A DNA stretch of 64,000 nucleotides from an uncultured cyanobacterium (GTDB lineage Bacteria; Cyanobacteriota; Cyanobacteriia; PCC-9006; JAAUQQ01): the NCBI GenBank assembly GCA_963718615.1, contig OY970368.1, forward strand, positions 3,776,001 through 3,840,000, in the 5' to 3' direction. The position numbers and the translations under genes are program-made. This document shows positions 43,639-53,529 of the stretch, in pieces. The notes beneath the pieces are model-generated. The model did no database searches. It was not told the DNA's origin and worked only from the letters and a program-made list of their open reading frames with translations. Numbering within the stretch: position 1 is the first letter of the stretch; each line of letters starts with the position of its first letter.

Positions 43639-43694
43639 GATGTGACCTAATTCAGACCTGAGTCCGAAGACTCAAACTCACGCATTGTCAGTGA

Positions 43695-44777
43695 TTAACC
43701 GTTGATAGCAGGAGCAGTCAGAGCCACAGGAGCAGCATCACCGGAAGCGAGGTCCAAGGGGAAGTTGTGAGCATTGCGCTCGTGCATCACTTCCATACCC
43801 AGGTTCGCACGGTTCAGAATGTCCGCCCAAGTCGACACCACACGCCCTTGGCTGTCAATGATCGACTGGTTGAAGTTAAACCCGTTCAGGTTGAACGCCA
43901 TCGTCGAGACTCCCAACGAGGTCATCCAAATACCCACCACAGGCCAGGCTGCCAAGAAGAAGTGCAGCGAACGGCTGTTGTTGAACGAAGCGTATTGGAA
44001 AATCAGACGACCAAAGTAACCGTGCGCGGCAACGATGTTGTAGGTCTCTTCTTCTTGTCCAAACTTGTAGCCGTAGTTCTGAGATTCTACTTCAGTGGTC
44101 TCACGAACCAAGGAAGAAGTCACCAACGAACCGTGCATCGCGGAGAACAAGCTTCCACCGAAAACGCCAGCCACACCGAGCATGTGGAAGGGGTGCATCA
44201 GAATGTTGTGCTCAGCCTGGAACACGAACATGAAGTTGAACGTACCGGAAATACCCAGGGGCATGCCGTCAGAGAACGAACCTTGACCAATGGGGTACAC
44301 GAGGAAAACGGCACTCGCTGCTGCTACAGGTGCAGAGTAAGCTACACAAATCCAAGGACGCATGCCGAGGCGGTAGGAGAGTTCCCACTCACGACCCATG
44401 TAGGCAAAGATGCCGATGAGGAAGTGGAACACCACCAATTGGTAAGGGCCGCCGTTGTACAACCACTCATCTAGAGAAGCTGCTTCCCAGATGGGGTAGA
44501 AGTGCAGGCCAATGGCATTAGAAGAGGGCACAACCGCACCAGAGATGATGTTGTTGCCGTAGAGCAAGGAGCCAGCAACAGGCTCACGGATGCCGTCAAT
44601 GTCGACGGGGGGAGCTGCAACAAAGGCGACGATGAAGCAGACGGTCGCTGCGAGCAGCGTGGGGATCATCAGGACGCCGAACCAACCGATGTAGACCCGG
44701 TTATTCGTGCTGGTGACCCACTCACAAAACTGCTGCCACACCGACGCGCTTTCGCGACGTTGAATCGTGGTAGTCAT
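43695..44777 (-). CDS. psbA: Photosystem II D1 protein, E130 (D1:2 / high-light type)
   Basis: 360 aa; MGREWELSY; [13 protein letters not shown] plus 16-aa C-terminal extension. Confidence 0.99.
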   Translation of the reverse strand: MTTTIQRRESASVWQQFCEWVTSTNNRVYIGWFGVLMIPTLLAATVCFIVAFVAAPPVDIDGIREPVAGSLLYGNNIISGAVVPSSNAIGLHFYPIWEAASLDEWLYNGGPYQLVVFHFLIGIFAYMGREWELSYRLGMRPWICVAYSAPVAAASAVFLVYPIGQGSFSDGMPLGISGTFNFMFVFQAEHNILMHPFHMLGVAGVFGGSLFSAMHGSLVTSSLVRETTEVESQNYGYKFGQEEETYNIVAAHGYFGRLIFQYASFNNSRSLHFFLAAWPVVGIWMTSLGVSTMAFNLNGFNFNQSIIDSQGRVVSTWADILNRANLGMEVMHERNAHNFPLDLASGDAAPVALTAPAING

Positions 44778-44839
44778 TTCTTATGATTCCGAAGAAAGTT
44801 TAAGGATGTATGAGCAGAGGCTTTCGTCTCTGTGTCTAT

Positions 44840-44878
44840 ATATTAAGTCAGCTCCCAGGTTTTGTAAAGGCTTGTAAC
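44840..44878 (-). promoter_or_regulatory. psbA promoter with HLR1 (RpaB) direct repeat over the -35
   Basis: Minus strand GTTACAAG-CC-TTTACAAA; -35 TTTACA, 17 nt, -10 TAATAT. Confidence 0.75.
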
Positions 44879-44903
44879 GAAGAATCTCTCATAATGTAGA
44901 GAA

Positions 44904-45980
44904 GTGATGCCCCTGGAGCGAACAGCAGCGATGCGAAGAAGGGTCTTTTACAGTCCAGCCTTAACTTTGGTGCCGACCTATGAATGTTTTAATCGCTGCG
45001 GTTACTGCAATTTTCGTCAAGATCCGGGTCAAGGGGACTGGCTGAGCTTAGCGGGAGCGGGAGAGCAGTTACGCTCGCTTCGTAACAAAAACTTGACGAA
45101 AGCGCCTTCGCCTAGAATGTCCAATCTCTCCAATCCATCCGTATTTCTTCCTCAGGTCAGCGAGATCCTGCTCCTCAGCGGCGAAGTCCATCCCCAAAGC
45201 GATCGCCGCTCCGCCTGGGTCCAACGCATCTATGACCTTGCCGAACTGGCCCTAAGTTTGGGATTTCTCCCTCACACCAATGCCGGTCCCCTCAGCTTTG
45301 GGGAAATGGAGCATCTCAAAAGAGTGAACGTCTCCATGGGGCTGATGCTAGAGCAGATGACGCCCAAACTGTTGGAAACGGTTCATCGCCATGCCCCCAG
45401 TAAGCAACCCGCTTTGCGTCTGGAGCAATTATCTTGGGCGGGACAGTTGAAAATTCCGTTTACAACCGGGCTGCTCCTAGGGATTGGAGAGACCCGTGCC
45501 GATCGGATTGAAACTCTAGAGGCGATCGCCCAAGTCCACGACCAATGGGACCACATCCAAGAAGTTATCCTTCAACCCCATAGCCCCGGCAAAAGGCAAC
45601 AGACAGTTTTAGGGGCCTGTGCGCCAGTGGAGTTTATCGAGACGATTCGGCTAGCTCGGGAGATTTTGCCGGCGACGATTGCCCTGCAAATTCCTCCTAA
45701 TCTCATCCAAACCCCCGAGTTGCTCTGGGTTTGCCTCAAGGCAGGGGCCTCGGATCTGGGAGGCATCGGTCCCAAAGATGAAGTCAATCCTGACTATGCC
45801 CATCCCCTCATTGCTCTGCTTAAGCAACAGTTAGCGGCAGCCGGGTATGAACTCGTGCCCCGTTTACCCGTTCATGAGCGACACATTGAAAAACTGCTGC
45901 CCTCCCTCAAAGCCCGTTGTCGAGCAGTTCAAGCTGAGTGGTGTCAGGCTGCGGAGCAGGCGCAATTTGACAAGGACTAA
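44904..45980 (+). CDS. cofG: FO synthase subunit CofG (radical SAM)
   Basis: YSPALTLVPTYECFNRCGYCNF, LPHTNAG, NVSMGLMLE, FTTGLLLGIGE. Confidence 0.9.
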   Translation: MMPLERTAAMRRRVFYSPALTLVPTYECFNRCGYCNFRQDPGQGDWLSLAGAGEQLRSLRNKNLTKAPSPRMSNLSNPSVFLPQVSEILLLSGEVHPQSDRRSAWVQRIYDLAELALSLGFLPHTNAGPLSFGEMEHLKRVNVSMGLMLEQMTPKLLETVHRHAPSKQPALRLEQLSWAGQLKIPFTTGLLLGIGETRADRIETLEAIAQVHDQWDHIQEVILQPHSPGKRQQTVLGACAPVEFIETIRLAREILPATIALQIPPNLIQTPELLWVCLKAGASDLGGIGPKDEVNPDYAHPLIALLKQQLAAAGYELVPRLPVHERHIEKLLPSLKARCRAVQAEWCQAAEQAQFDKD

Positions 45981-46542
45981 AGGAACGACGATGTAAAAGA
46001 CTCGGTCCCTGTTCTAACAGTCCTGCACGATGGACCGGGGTGCCGTAGCCTTTGTTGCAGTCCAGGGCGTAGCCGGGATACTGCTCGGCCAAGCGTTGGA
46101 TCAGGCGATCGCGCCAAACCTTCGCCAAAATACTCGCCGCCGCGATCCTGGGTTCGAGGCGATCGCCTTCAATCACCGTTTGCTGCTCGCAAAACAAGTG
46201 AGGAATGGACTGATTCCCATCTACCAGGCAAAGCCTAGGCATCGGGTGTAGCTTGCGCACCGCTCGCCGCATCGCTAACAGCGAGGCTTGCAAAATATTA
46301 AGTCGGTCGATTTCCGCGACGCTGCTCAGCCCTAAACCGTAGGTGAGGGCCACCTGGCGAATTTGGCAATCCAACCGATCCCGCTGAGCGGGCTTGAGCT
46401 TTTTGCTGTCGGTCAATCCAGCATCCACCAAGGGCGCAACCGCACTGGCGGGCAGAATCACGGCAGCGGCGACAACGGGACCAAATAAACAGCCCCGCCC
46501 CACTTCATCTACCCCGGCGATCGCGCCCGACGAATCAATCAT
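45907..46542 (-). CDS. rnhB: Ribonuclease HII
   Basis: AGVDEVGRG, DSKKL, AASILAKV, KGYGT, HRRSF; start moved to ATG 46542 after GGAGG. Confidence 0.95.
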   Translation of the reverse strand: MIDSSGAIAGVDEVGRGCLFGPVVAAAVILPASAVAPLVDAGLTDSKKLKPAQRDRLDCQIRQVALTYGLGLSSVAEIDRLNILQASLLAMRRAVRKLHPMPRLCLVDGNQSIPHLFCEQQTVIEGDRLEPRIAAASILAKVWRDRLIQRLAEQYPGYALDCNKGYGTPVHRAGLLEQGPSLLHRRSFSPCQIAPAPQPDTTQLELLDNGL

Positions 46543-46558
46543 CCCTCCCAGTGAGCGA

Positions 46559-48775
46559 CTATTCACCCCGACGGGCAGAGGAACGACGACGACGACGACG
46601 CACCGGAGAATCATTCGAGTCGCCAGCGTCGCTAGAGTCCCCAGCATCAGTCTCGGCATCGTTCTCTAGGTCTGGGATGGTCACCGACTCACGCCGGGAA
46701 GAGATTGACGGCGCAGGAATCGGCGGCGCAGGAGAGTCGCTTTCGTCCTGGCCAAAGGACGAGACCGTTGAGCGACGACGGCGACGTACCGTCAAAGGTC
46801 GAGCACGAGCCCCCACAGGAGCGTCTTCATCATTGCCTGCTGAATAGGAGGAGTCTGAGTAGGAGGAGTCTGAACTGAACTCGCGATCGCCCAGATCCGC
46901 CTGAGGCAAATCAAAGTCATCCTCACCATCGCCATCGCTATCCGACCCTGGCTCATCAAAGCTAGAGTCCTCCGGCGGCGCTTCCCCCGGCAACGTCACC
47001 GTGACAACGGTTGAACGCGGATCTGCAACCTCAACATCCTTGAGAACAAGCGGAGAAATCCCCAGCCAAGCGTAGACATCTTGCTCATCCTGGGTCATTT
47101 CTACCGTGACATGCTCCACCGGGCGATCGAGTCCCCGTCCCCGACGCCCCCGGCCACCCCGCAGATCTCGACTCGGTGCCTCGGTCTCTGGCTCATTGTC
47201 TTCCGGCTCCGGCTCCAGGGAAGCTGGCACAGTACTGCGACCCAGGGAATCCCCCAGGCGATTGACAATCGGCTTGGGAACTTCGGCCCGTTCAGGACCC
47301 TCAGTGCGACGGCGGCGGCGGTTCCGATAGGCATCCCCTTCGCCACTCTCTTCCTCCACCGCAGGCTTGCTAGGACTGGGCCAACTATTCCCCCCTGATG
47401 GGGGGGTGACATAGGACTCAGTCGGGCGTGGCGCAACGCCTCGGCGAGGACGCATATCGCTGGAACGCACCGTGGATAGGCGTTGTCCCGGCAAAGCGAC
47501 GCTACTAGCCTCCACAGCATCCGCTTCGGCGGAGATGACCTCTCCTGGTAAATGCACCAAATGCCCCAAACCATTACAGGTGGGACAGGGTCGCCCAAAG
47601 AGTTCGTAAATGTTCTGGCCCTGACGTTTGCGGGTCAGCTCTACCAGGCCTAGCTCAGAAAGCTGAGCAATCTGTGGTCGGGCCTTATCCGCTTTGAGTT
47701 CTTTGGTGAAATGCTCTAGGACTTGAAGCTGGTCCCGACGGGGCTCCATATCAATGAAGTCAACAACGATCACCCCAGCCAGATTTCGCAGCCGTAATTG
47801 TCGGGCAATTTCAGTGGCCGCTTCAAAGTTGGTCCACAGGACGGTTTCTCGCGAAGTGGCCGATCGCGTAAACGAACCCGAGTTAACGTCAATCACCGTT
47901 AGCGCTTCCGTCGGCTCAATGATGATGTATCCGCCAGAGGGCAAGTCCACACGGGGCTTCAGTGCCTCACGGATGGCAGCATGGACCCGGAAATATTCCA
48001 AAACCGAAGTCGCTTCGCGGTGCTGATCGATCAGCAGCCCCTGGGGTACCTTCCCCCCACTCCAGTTCATCAAGTGCTGCTTGACGCGCTTCAATCCCGT
48101 GTGGGAGTCCACCACAATGCGATTGACATCAGCGCTGTAGACATCCCGCAGCACCCGCTGGATAAAATCATCATCCCGGTTGAGCAGCGCAGGGGGGCGG
48201 GTCGACTCGGCCTCTAGCAAAACGTTCTCCCACTGGCGGGAAAGAAATTCCAAGTCCTCAATGATGGCCTCTTCGTCGACCCCTTCTGCCTCGGTGCGGA
48301 CCAGTAACCCCATTCCCGCAGGTTTGACAAAAATCGCCAAGGCGCGTAGACGGCTGCGCTCGCTTTCGCTCGTGATTCGACGGGAGAGATTCACCCCTCG
48401 CCCAAAGGGCATAAGGACCAAATAGCGGCCCGGCAGAGAAATACTGCCCGTTAAACGAGGCCCCTTATTGCCCGTAGGCTCCTTCATCACTTGAACCAGC
48501 ACTTTCTGCTGGGGAGCCAAAAGCTCGGTAATGGTTCCCCCCGTTCGGCGCAGCCGTAGAGGACCCAAGTCGCCCATGTGGATAAACCCGTTGCGTTCCG
48601 AGTCGCCAATATTCACAAAGGCCGCGTCGATACTCGGAAGGACGTTTTCGACCACACCCACGTAAATGTCGCTGACCTGCTGAGTTCCCTTTGCAACAAT
48701 CAGTTCTTGGATTTGGTCGTCTGCGAAAACTGCCGCAACGCGGTGTTGTTCAGCGATAATGATTTGCTTTGCCAT
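46559..48775 (-). CDS. rne: Ribonuclease E
   Basis: S1 domain, DVNSG, DFIDM, CPTC zinc link, disordered C-terminus ending RRRRRRSSA. Confidence 0.96.
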   Translation of the reverse strand: MAKQIIIAEQHRVAAVFADDQIQELIVAKGTQQVSDIYVGVVENVLPSIDAAFVNIGDSERNGFIHMGDLGPLRLRRTGGTITELLAPQQKVLVQVMKEPTGNKGPRLTGSISLPGRYLVLMPFGRGVNLSRRITSESERSRLRALAIFVKPAGMGLLVRTEAEGVDEEAIIEDLEFLSRQWENVLLEAESTRPPALLNRDDDFIQRVLRDVYSADVNRIVVDSHTGLKRVKQHLMNWSGGKVPQGLLIDQHREATSVLEYFRVHAAIREALKPRVDLPSGGYIIIEPTEALTVIDVNSGSFTRSATSRETVLWTNFEAATEIARQLRLRNLAGVIVVDFIDMEPRRDQLQVLEHFTKELKADKARPQIAQLSELGLVELTRKRQGQNIYELFGRPCPTCNGLGHLVHLPGEVISAEADAVEASSVALPGQRLSTVRSSDMRPRRGVAPRPTESYVTPPSGGNSWPSPSKPAVEEESGEGDAYRNRRRRRTEGPERAEVPKPIVNRLGDSLGRSTVPASLEPEPEDNEPETEAPSRDLRGGRGRRGRGLDRPVEHVTVEMTQDEQDVYAWLGISPLVLKDVEVADPRSTVVTVTLPGEAPPEDSSFDEPGSDSDGDGEDDFDLPQADLGDREFSSDSSYSDSSYSAGNDEDAPVGARARPLTVRRRRRSTVSSFGQDESDSPAPPIPAPSISSRRESVTIPDLENDAETDAGDSSDAGDSNDSPVRRRRRRSSARRGE

Positions 48776-49407
48776 TCAATTTAAGTGCCTCAATGATGTG
48801 GCGCAGAGGATGATGTTTAAGTGAGAAAAATTCTGAAGACCTGCTCGCTAGGCCTTAACGGTCAAGTTTTCGAAATGTTGAATTTCGAGGGTGTGGGTAG
48901 CTAACGTCGAAGGCTACTCACCTGGGATTAATCCTAACCCCCTTACAGCGGGTGCATGAATCAAGATTTATTTCACAAGGGTTATCAACTGGCTCCAAAA
49001 ACAACAAACAATTGCGGACGAACAAGATCCCTCTCAGGAATTAACCCTGTTAACCCTAAGGATAAGGTCTGGGGCGATCGCTGAGGTCACCAGACTAATA
49101 CAAGAAGTAACTCCCTTAACAACGCTTCGCTGCTAGTTGCAAGCTCATCTGAACAACAGCTAGAAGGAAGTCCAAAGTCATCCGTAGCCATCGCTAGGTG
49201 GGGAAAAGCGCTGAAAGCGCGAGGTGCTAGTCAAAGTCCCGCTGAGACGCAATTCGTTAACTGGGGTAAAGCTTTGCTTCCACTCAGGACTTGGATGCGG
49301 ATCGAGCACCACGCCTAACCCAAACTGAGGTTAAGAGCACCGCTGACATAAGCCTAGTGCGCTTAAACACTAGCATATCCGTTGAACCTTGTCTAACGCT
49401 GATCCCC

Positions 49408-49446
49408 TAGAGGGATTTCTAGAGAGATTTCCAGAGGGATTTCTAG
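49408..49446. repeat. Tandem repeat, 12 bp x3 (TAGAGGGATTTC consensus)
   Basis: tagagggatttc tagagagatttc cagagggatttc tag. Confidence 0.8.
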
Positions 49447-49799
49447 TATTGTCCCTCGGCACTGGCCAAAATGAGTTGACAGCGGTGGGCTTGCAAAAGC
49501 TGGAAGGGCTGACCGGTGACGTTTTCGAGCATTTGCACGAGCTGCTCAGGGCGCAGGAGGGTCCCGTCGTTGCGGCAGCTCCCACTATAGCGGAGGGCTA
49601 AGCCTTCGGCTTGAACGGAGATGGGTAAGTTCAGCGCAGCCAAATCGGCAATGGCTTCGAGGGTTTGGAGGCGATCGCGCCCATTGAACCGCTGAGTTTT
49701 GCCAGATTTAGTTACCTTTTCCAGCTCAATCTCAGGGTGACTGAGGACCTGCTCCACTAGGCTGGCTGCGGTCAAATTGGACACCGATTCTGCCTCCAG
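49443..49799 (-). CDS. Frameshifted C-terminal part of the radical SAM-DUF2344 protein
   Basis: EKVTKSGK..NGRDRL and LRYSGSCRNDGTLLRPE are the expected C-terminal motifs, in the +1 frame. Confidence 0.75.
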   Translation of the reverse strand: MEAESVSNLTAASLVEQVLSHPEIELEKVTKSGKTQRFNGRDRLQTLEAIADLAALNLPISVQAEGLALRYSGSCRNDGTLLRPEQLVQMLENVTGQPFQLLQAHRCQLILASAEGQY

Positions 49800-52164
49800 A
49801 AGGGGTCACCTGCAGCACATATTCCGCCAGGTCCAAGGCTTGGGTCACCGAGGGCGCTTTGAGGTCAACTTCTTCGATGTCGTAAAGGGGCAGATCCTGC
49901 GGCAGGGCTGCGGCCAATCGCTGGCGAAAGGCTTCGGGATCCAGGGGTTCGGTCAGTTCGAAATCCACCAGTTCCCCAGTGCTACTCATCCCCAAGGGGA
50001 GGGCATTGGCCGGAGACAGGCGGGGGCCGGGGTGGTAACCGCCGGTAAAGGAAATGGGCAACGAGGCACGACGCAGGGCGCGATCGAACAGGCGAACCAA
50101 GTCCAGGTGGCTAATCAGCGTCAGGCTCCCCAGTTTGCCAAACCGTAACCGTAACCGCTGGGCTCGATTCGATTTGGGCTTGAAGTCTCCCGCAATTTGA
50201 GGAATCGGCAAAGGCGGCACGACGATGTTGTGGCCAAAGTCCAGCCCACAAACGCCGCAGTGGGAGCAGCCTTCAAAGGAACAATCGGGCACCGTCGCCG
50301 CTGCCAGCGCCTTTTGCAAATCTTCCTGGAGCCAGCGTTTGTCGATTCCTGTATCTAAATGGTCCCAGGGCAGCGGTACATCTAAGGCCAACTGCTGGTC
50401 CACGGCGTTCTGACTCGCGGTTTTGTCAGGGGATGCCGCTGCAAAAATATTCCACTCACCGGATTCCACCTGGCGATATTTCCAGGAGAGGCCCGCTTCG
50501 TTAATGGCCTGGGACCAGGCCTTGTAGGCATTTTCCAGACTTTCCCACCAGGAATCCATCCCCGCTCCCAGCTCCCAGGCGCGGCGGACGACCTGGGCCA
50601 GACGGCGATCGCCCCGTCCCACAAAGTCTTCCATCGCAGAAATCCGCACATCGGTAAAGTTCGACTTGATGCCACGAATCGTGCGGAACTCTTCCCGCAG
50701 CAGGGTCTGTTTGCGTAAAAACTCGCTGGTGGAGACGGAATGCCACTGGAACGGCGTGTGGGGTTTGGGGGTGAAATTGGAAATCGTAATTGTGAAGCCC
50801 AGGCGTTTTTTGCGGCCCTGGCACTCCCGCTGGAGCCAGCGGACCGTTTCGGCAATCCCCAGGACATCTGCATCGGTTTCGCCGGGGAGCCCAATCATGA
50901 AATAGAGCTTGACCTTGTTCCAACCCTGTTCGTAGGCGGTTTTAACGCCGCGCAGGAGTTCCTCGTTAGTGAGGCCCTTGTTGATAATGTCCCGCATCCG
51001 CTGGGTCCCGGCCTCCGGCGCAAAGGTAATGCCGGTTTGGCGGGTGCCGCCGATGATGTGGGCAATATTTTCGTCGAAGCGATCGACCCGCTGACTGGGC
51101 AAGGATAGGGAAATATTTTCGTCTTTGAGGCGGTTTTTAATCTCTACCCCCACCGCAGGGAGTGCCAAATAATCTGAACAGCTCAGGGACAGCAACGAAA
51201 ACTCGTTATAGCCTGTAGCCCGCATCCCCGTTTCGATCGCTTCAATCACTTGGTCAGGCGCAACATCATGGGCCGGGCGGGTGAGCATCCCCGGCTGGCA
51301 AAACCGACAGCCTCGCGTGCAGCCCCGGCGAATTTCAACGGTGAGGCGATCGTGGACCGTTTCGATATAGGGCACCAAACCAATGGAGTAGGCGGGAATC
51401 GGGGTCGCCACCCGGCGCAGGACCCGGCGAGGCACATCCTCTCGGTTACGGTGGACTGAACCATCGGCAGCCATGTCATAGAACCGAGGCACATAGACCC
51501 CCGGCACCTGGGCCAGATCCAGCAGCGTTGCGTCCCGGCCCAACCCAGCCCGCTTTGCCTCTTCCAAAACCAAGCCAATTTCCGGCAGCAGCTCTTCCCC
51601 GTCCCCCAGGGCAATAAAGTCAAAAAACACCGCGTAGGGCTCCGGGTTCGACGTCGCCGTTTGTCCCCCCGCAAAAATCAACGGCAGGCCTCCGGGTTGC
51701 CAAGGGGCGGCATCGGTTACTGTCCGTTCTGCCCCTGTCAAGGGAATTTGACAGAGGGAGAGCATTTCGAGAATATTGGTTGCTCCAAGTTCGTAACTGA
51801 GACTGAAGCCAAGGATGTCGAAGGTTTGGAGCGATCGCCGCGTCTCCACTCCAAACAGCGGCGTATCGGTATCACGCAGCTTTTGGGCCAGATCAGCAGC
51901 AGGGAGGTAGGCGCGATCGCACAGTTGACGGGGCTGAGCATTAATCACGTTGTAGAGAATGATATGCCCTAAATTCGAGGAGCCCACCTCATAGATTTCC
52001 GGATAGGTCAACGCCCAACGAATTTCTGCCTCTTGCCAGGGCTTATGGATCGCCCCCAACTCGTTCCCCAAATAGCGAGCAGGGCGATTGACGTCGGAGG
52101 TTACTAAGGTTTCGATGGAAACAGGCACGGTCAGAGGACGCCTTGAGGACGTGGGCAACGGCAT
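49732..52164 (-). CDS. TIGR03960-family B12-binding radical SAM protein fused to DUF2344, frameshifted near the 3' end
   Basis: PARYLGNE, RGCTRGCRFCQ, FAPEAGT, ISHLDL..LFDRALRR; start approximate. Confidence 0.88.
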   Translation of the reverse strand: MPLPTSSRRPLTVPVSIETLVTSDVNRPARYLGNELGAIHKPWQEAEIRWALTYPEIYEVGSSNLGHIILYNVINAQPRQLCDRAYLPAADLAQKLRDTDTPLFGVETRRSLQTFDILGFSLSYELGATNILEMLSLCQIPLTGAERTVTDAAPWQPGGLPLIFAGGQTATSNPEPYAVFFDFIALGDGEELLPEIGLVLEEAKRAGLGRDATLLDLAQVPGVYVPRFYDMAADGSVHRNREDVPRRVLRRVATPIPAYSIGLVPYIETVHDRLTVEIRRGCTRGCRFCQPGMLTRPAHDVAPDQVIEAIETGMRATGYNEFSLLSLSCSDYLALPAVGVEIKNRLKDENISLSLPSQRVDRFDENIAHIIGGTRQTGITFAPEAGTQRMRDIINKGLTNEELLRGVKTAYEQGWNKVKLYFMIGLPGETDADVLGIAETVRWLQRECQGRKKRLGFTITISNFTPKPHTPFQWHSVSTSEFLRKQTLLREEFRTIRGIKSNFTDVRISAMEDFVGRGDRRLAQVVRRAWELGAGMDSWWESLENAYKAWSQAINEAGLSWKYRQVESGEWNIFAAASPDKTASQNAVDQQLALDVPLPWDHLDTGIDKRWLQEDLQKALAAATVPDCSFEGCSHCGVCGLDFGHNIVVPPLPIPQIAGDFKPKSNRAQRLRLRFGKLGSLTLISHLDLVRLFDRALRRASLPISFTGGYHPGPRLSPANALPLGMSSTGELVDFELTEPLDPEAFRQRLAAALPQDLPLYDIEEVDLKAPSVTQALDLAEYVLQVTPSGGRIGVQFDRSQPSGAGPQSP

Positions 52165-52207
52165 TAGCCATTCTATGCCGTCGCCAGATTGTCTGTGGCA
52201 TTCCAGG

Positions 52208-52543
52208 CTAGGCCGCGAGCGGCAACCCCTGAGGCTCGATGTCCTCCGCAAAAAACACCCGATCGAGTTGAGTCAGTTCAAATACGATGCGAAGCTCCGG
52301 CGGAATGGCACAAAACCGAAGCAGTTGGTTGTGGCGTTGAGCCAAACGAAAGGCCTCAATCAGCGTCATCAGCCCATCACTATCGATGCTCTCCAACGCC
52401 TCCAAACTCACCAATAATCGAACGGTTTGGCCTGCGCTAATCAGCGCTTGCAAACGATGCTCCAGCTCTAGGCCAAAACTAGCGTCTAGACGACCGGCGG
52501 GACGAAGCACAATCTCTTTCGCTTGCGTCACACTCAACTGCAT
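52208..52543 (-). CDS. STAS domain anti-sigma factor antagonist
   Basis: GRLDA, IDSDGL, FELTQLDRVF; AGGAGG upstream. Confidence 0.85.
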   Translation of the reverse strand: MQLSVTQAKEIVLRPAGRLDASFGLELEHRLQALISAGQTVRLLVSLEALESIDSDGLMTLIEAFRLAQRHNQLLRFCAIPPELRIVFELTQLDRVFFAEDIEPQGLPLAA

Positions 52544-53272
52544 GGGGATCCTCCTACACGACTCTGCACTGAACTGATTAGGGAGAAAGGGGATGACAGC
52601 GACTTTGCACCAGCGTTAAATCGCTGGACGGAGGCACTGCAGCCTTTCCTCGAAGACTATCGCTCGAAACTCTGCTTTAAGACTGTGTTCTAAAAGGATG
52701 TTTCGAACTTATCCTTTAGAAAAGCAAAGCAGCTCAAAATCAAACATGACGTCCAGAGCAGCGCTCTGCCATTGGCTCGGTGCGCGGCCCGGACTTGATG
52801 CACTGCCCAGGGAGGCCTTTGAGGGAAACAGTGCAGTTTGGATTTAGCGGTTTGGATTCAAAAGGGTCTACAAGGCTTTAATGACCATAATCGGCAAATT
52901 CTAAAAATGACCAGAGACGTTCTGCATCATTTTGGAATCTTCATAGAATCTGGCAAAGCAATTAAAGCTTTGAGTAAGCATTTTTACGGAATTATGATTT
53001 TACCCTTAGCTCAAAAGCGTTCCAAACTATGACTTTTTACAGCACTATCACGCTATTCAAATCCATATATGTTGCGTAAGATACATTGACCAGAGATAAA
53101 AAAGGGTGGTTCAAAACCTTAACCTTCAGGTATCGCGAGATCAGCGTCAAGGCTTAGCCCATAGGCCTTTGACGATGGGGACGGGCACTCGAAATGTTAA
53201 GTCTTTTGCCCCAGAGCGGAGCGGATTGGTCGTGGCTTGATTCTGTCGTTAATTCAATCAAAGCGTTTAGCC

Positions 53273-53467
53273 ATGGATGCAAGAGTTGCTATTCGTCGGC
53301 TCGTTGAAAGAGCAATCTATTTGAAAGAGCTGACCCCCGAGATCGAAAACGAAATTAACTATGAGCTAACCCGTCTGGGGTATATCTCAGATGTGGATTA
53401 TGAAGCGCTGGAGCTTTTAATGTCCGAGATGGACGCGGGGCGAATTCGGTTGGTTCCTAGTCCTTAA
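53273..53467 (+). CDS. Small conserved hypothetical protein
   Basis: 64 aa: IRRLVERA..LTPEIEN...DYEALELLM. Confidence 0.65.
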   Translation: MDARVAIRRLVERAIYLKELTPEIENEINYELTRLGYISDVDYEALELLMSEMDAGRIRLVPSP

Positions 53468-53529
53468 AGTGATCCGGCAGGCGTTAAACTGGCTAGTTGA
53501 ACTGGCGATCAGCTTAACGACAACCCACA

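Noticed and set aside
43767-44474. 235-aa ORF antisense to psbA
   Set aside because: Shadow frame expected from strong codon bias; no recognisable motifs
52838-53032. 64-aa ORF in the AT-rich divergent region
   Set aside because: TTG start, no motif, sequence looks like promoter DNA; cannot support
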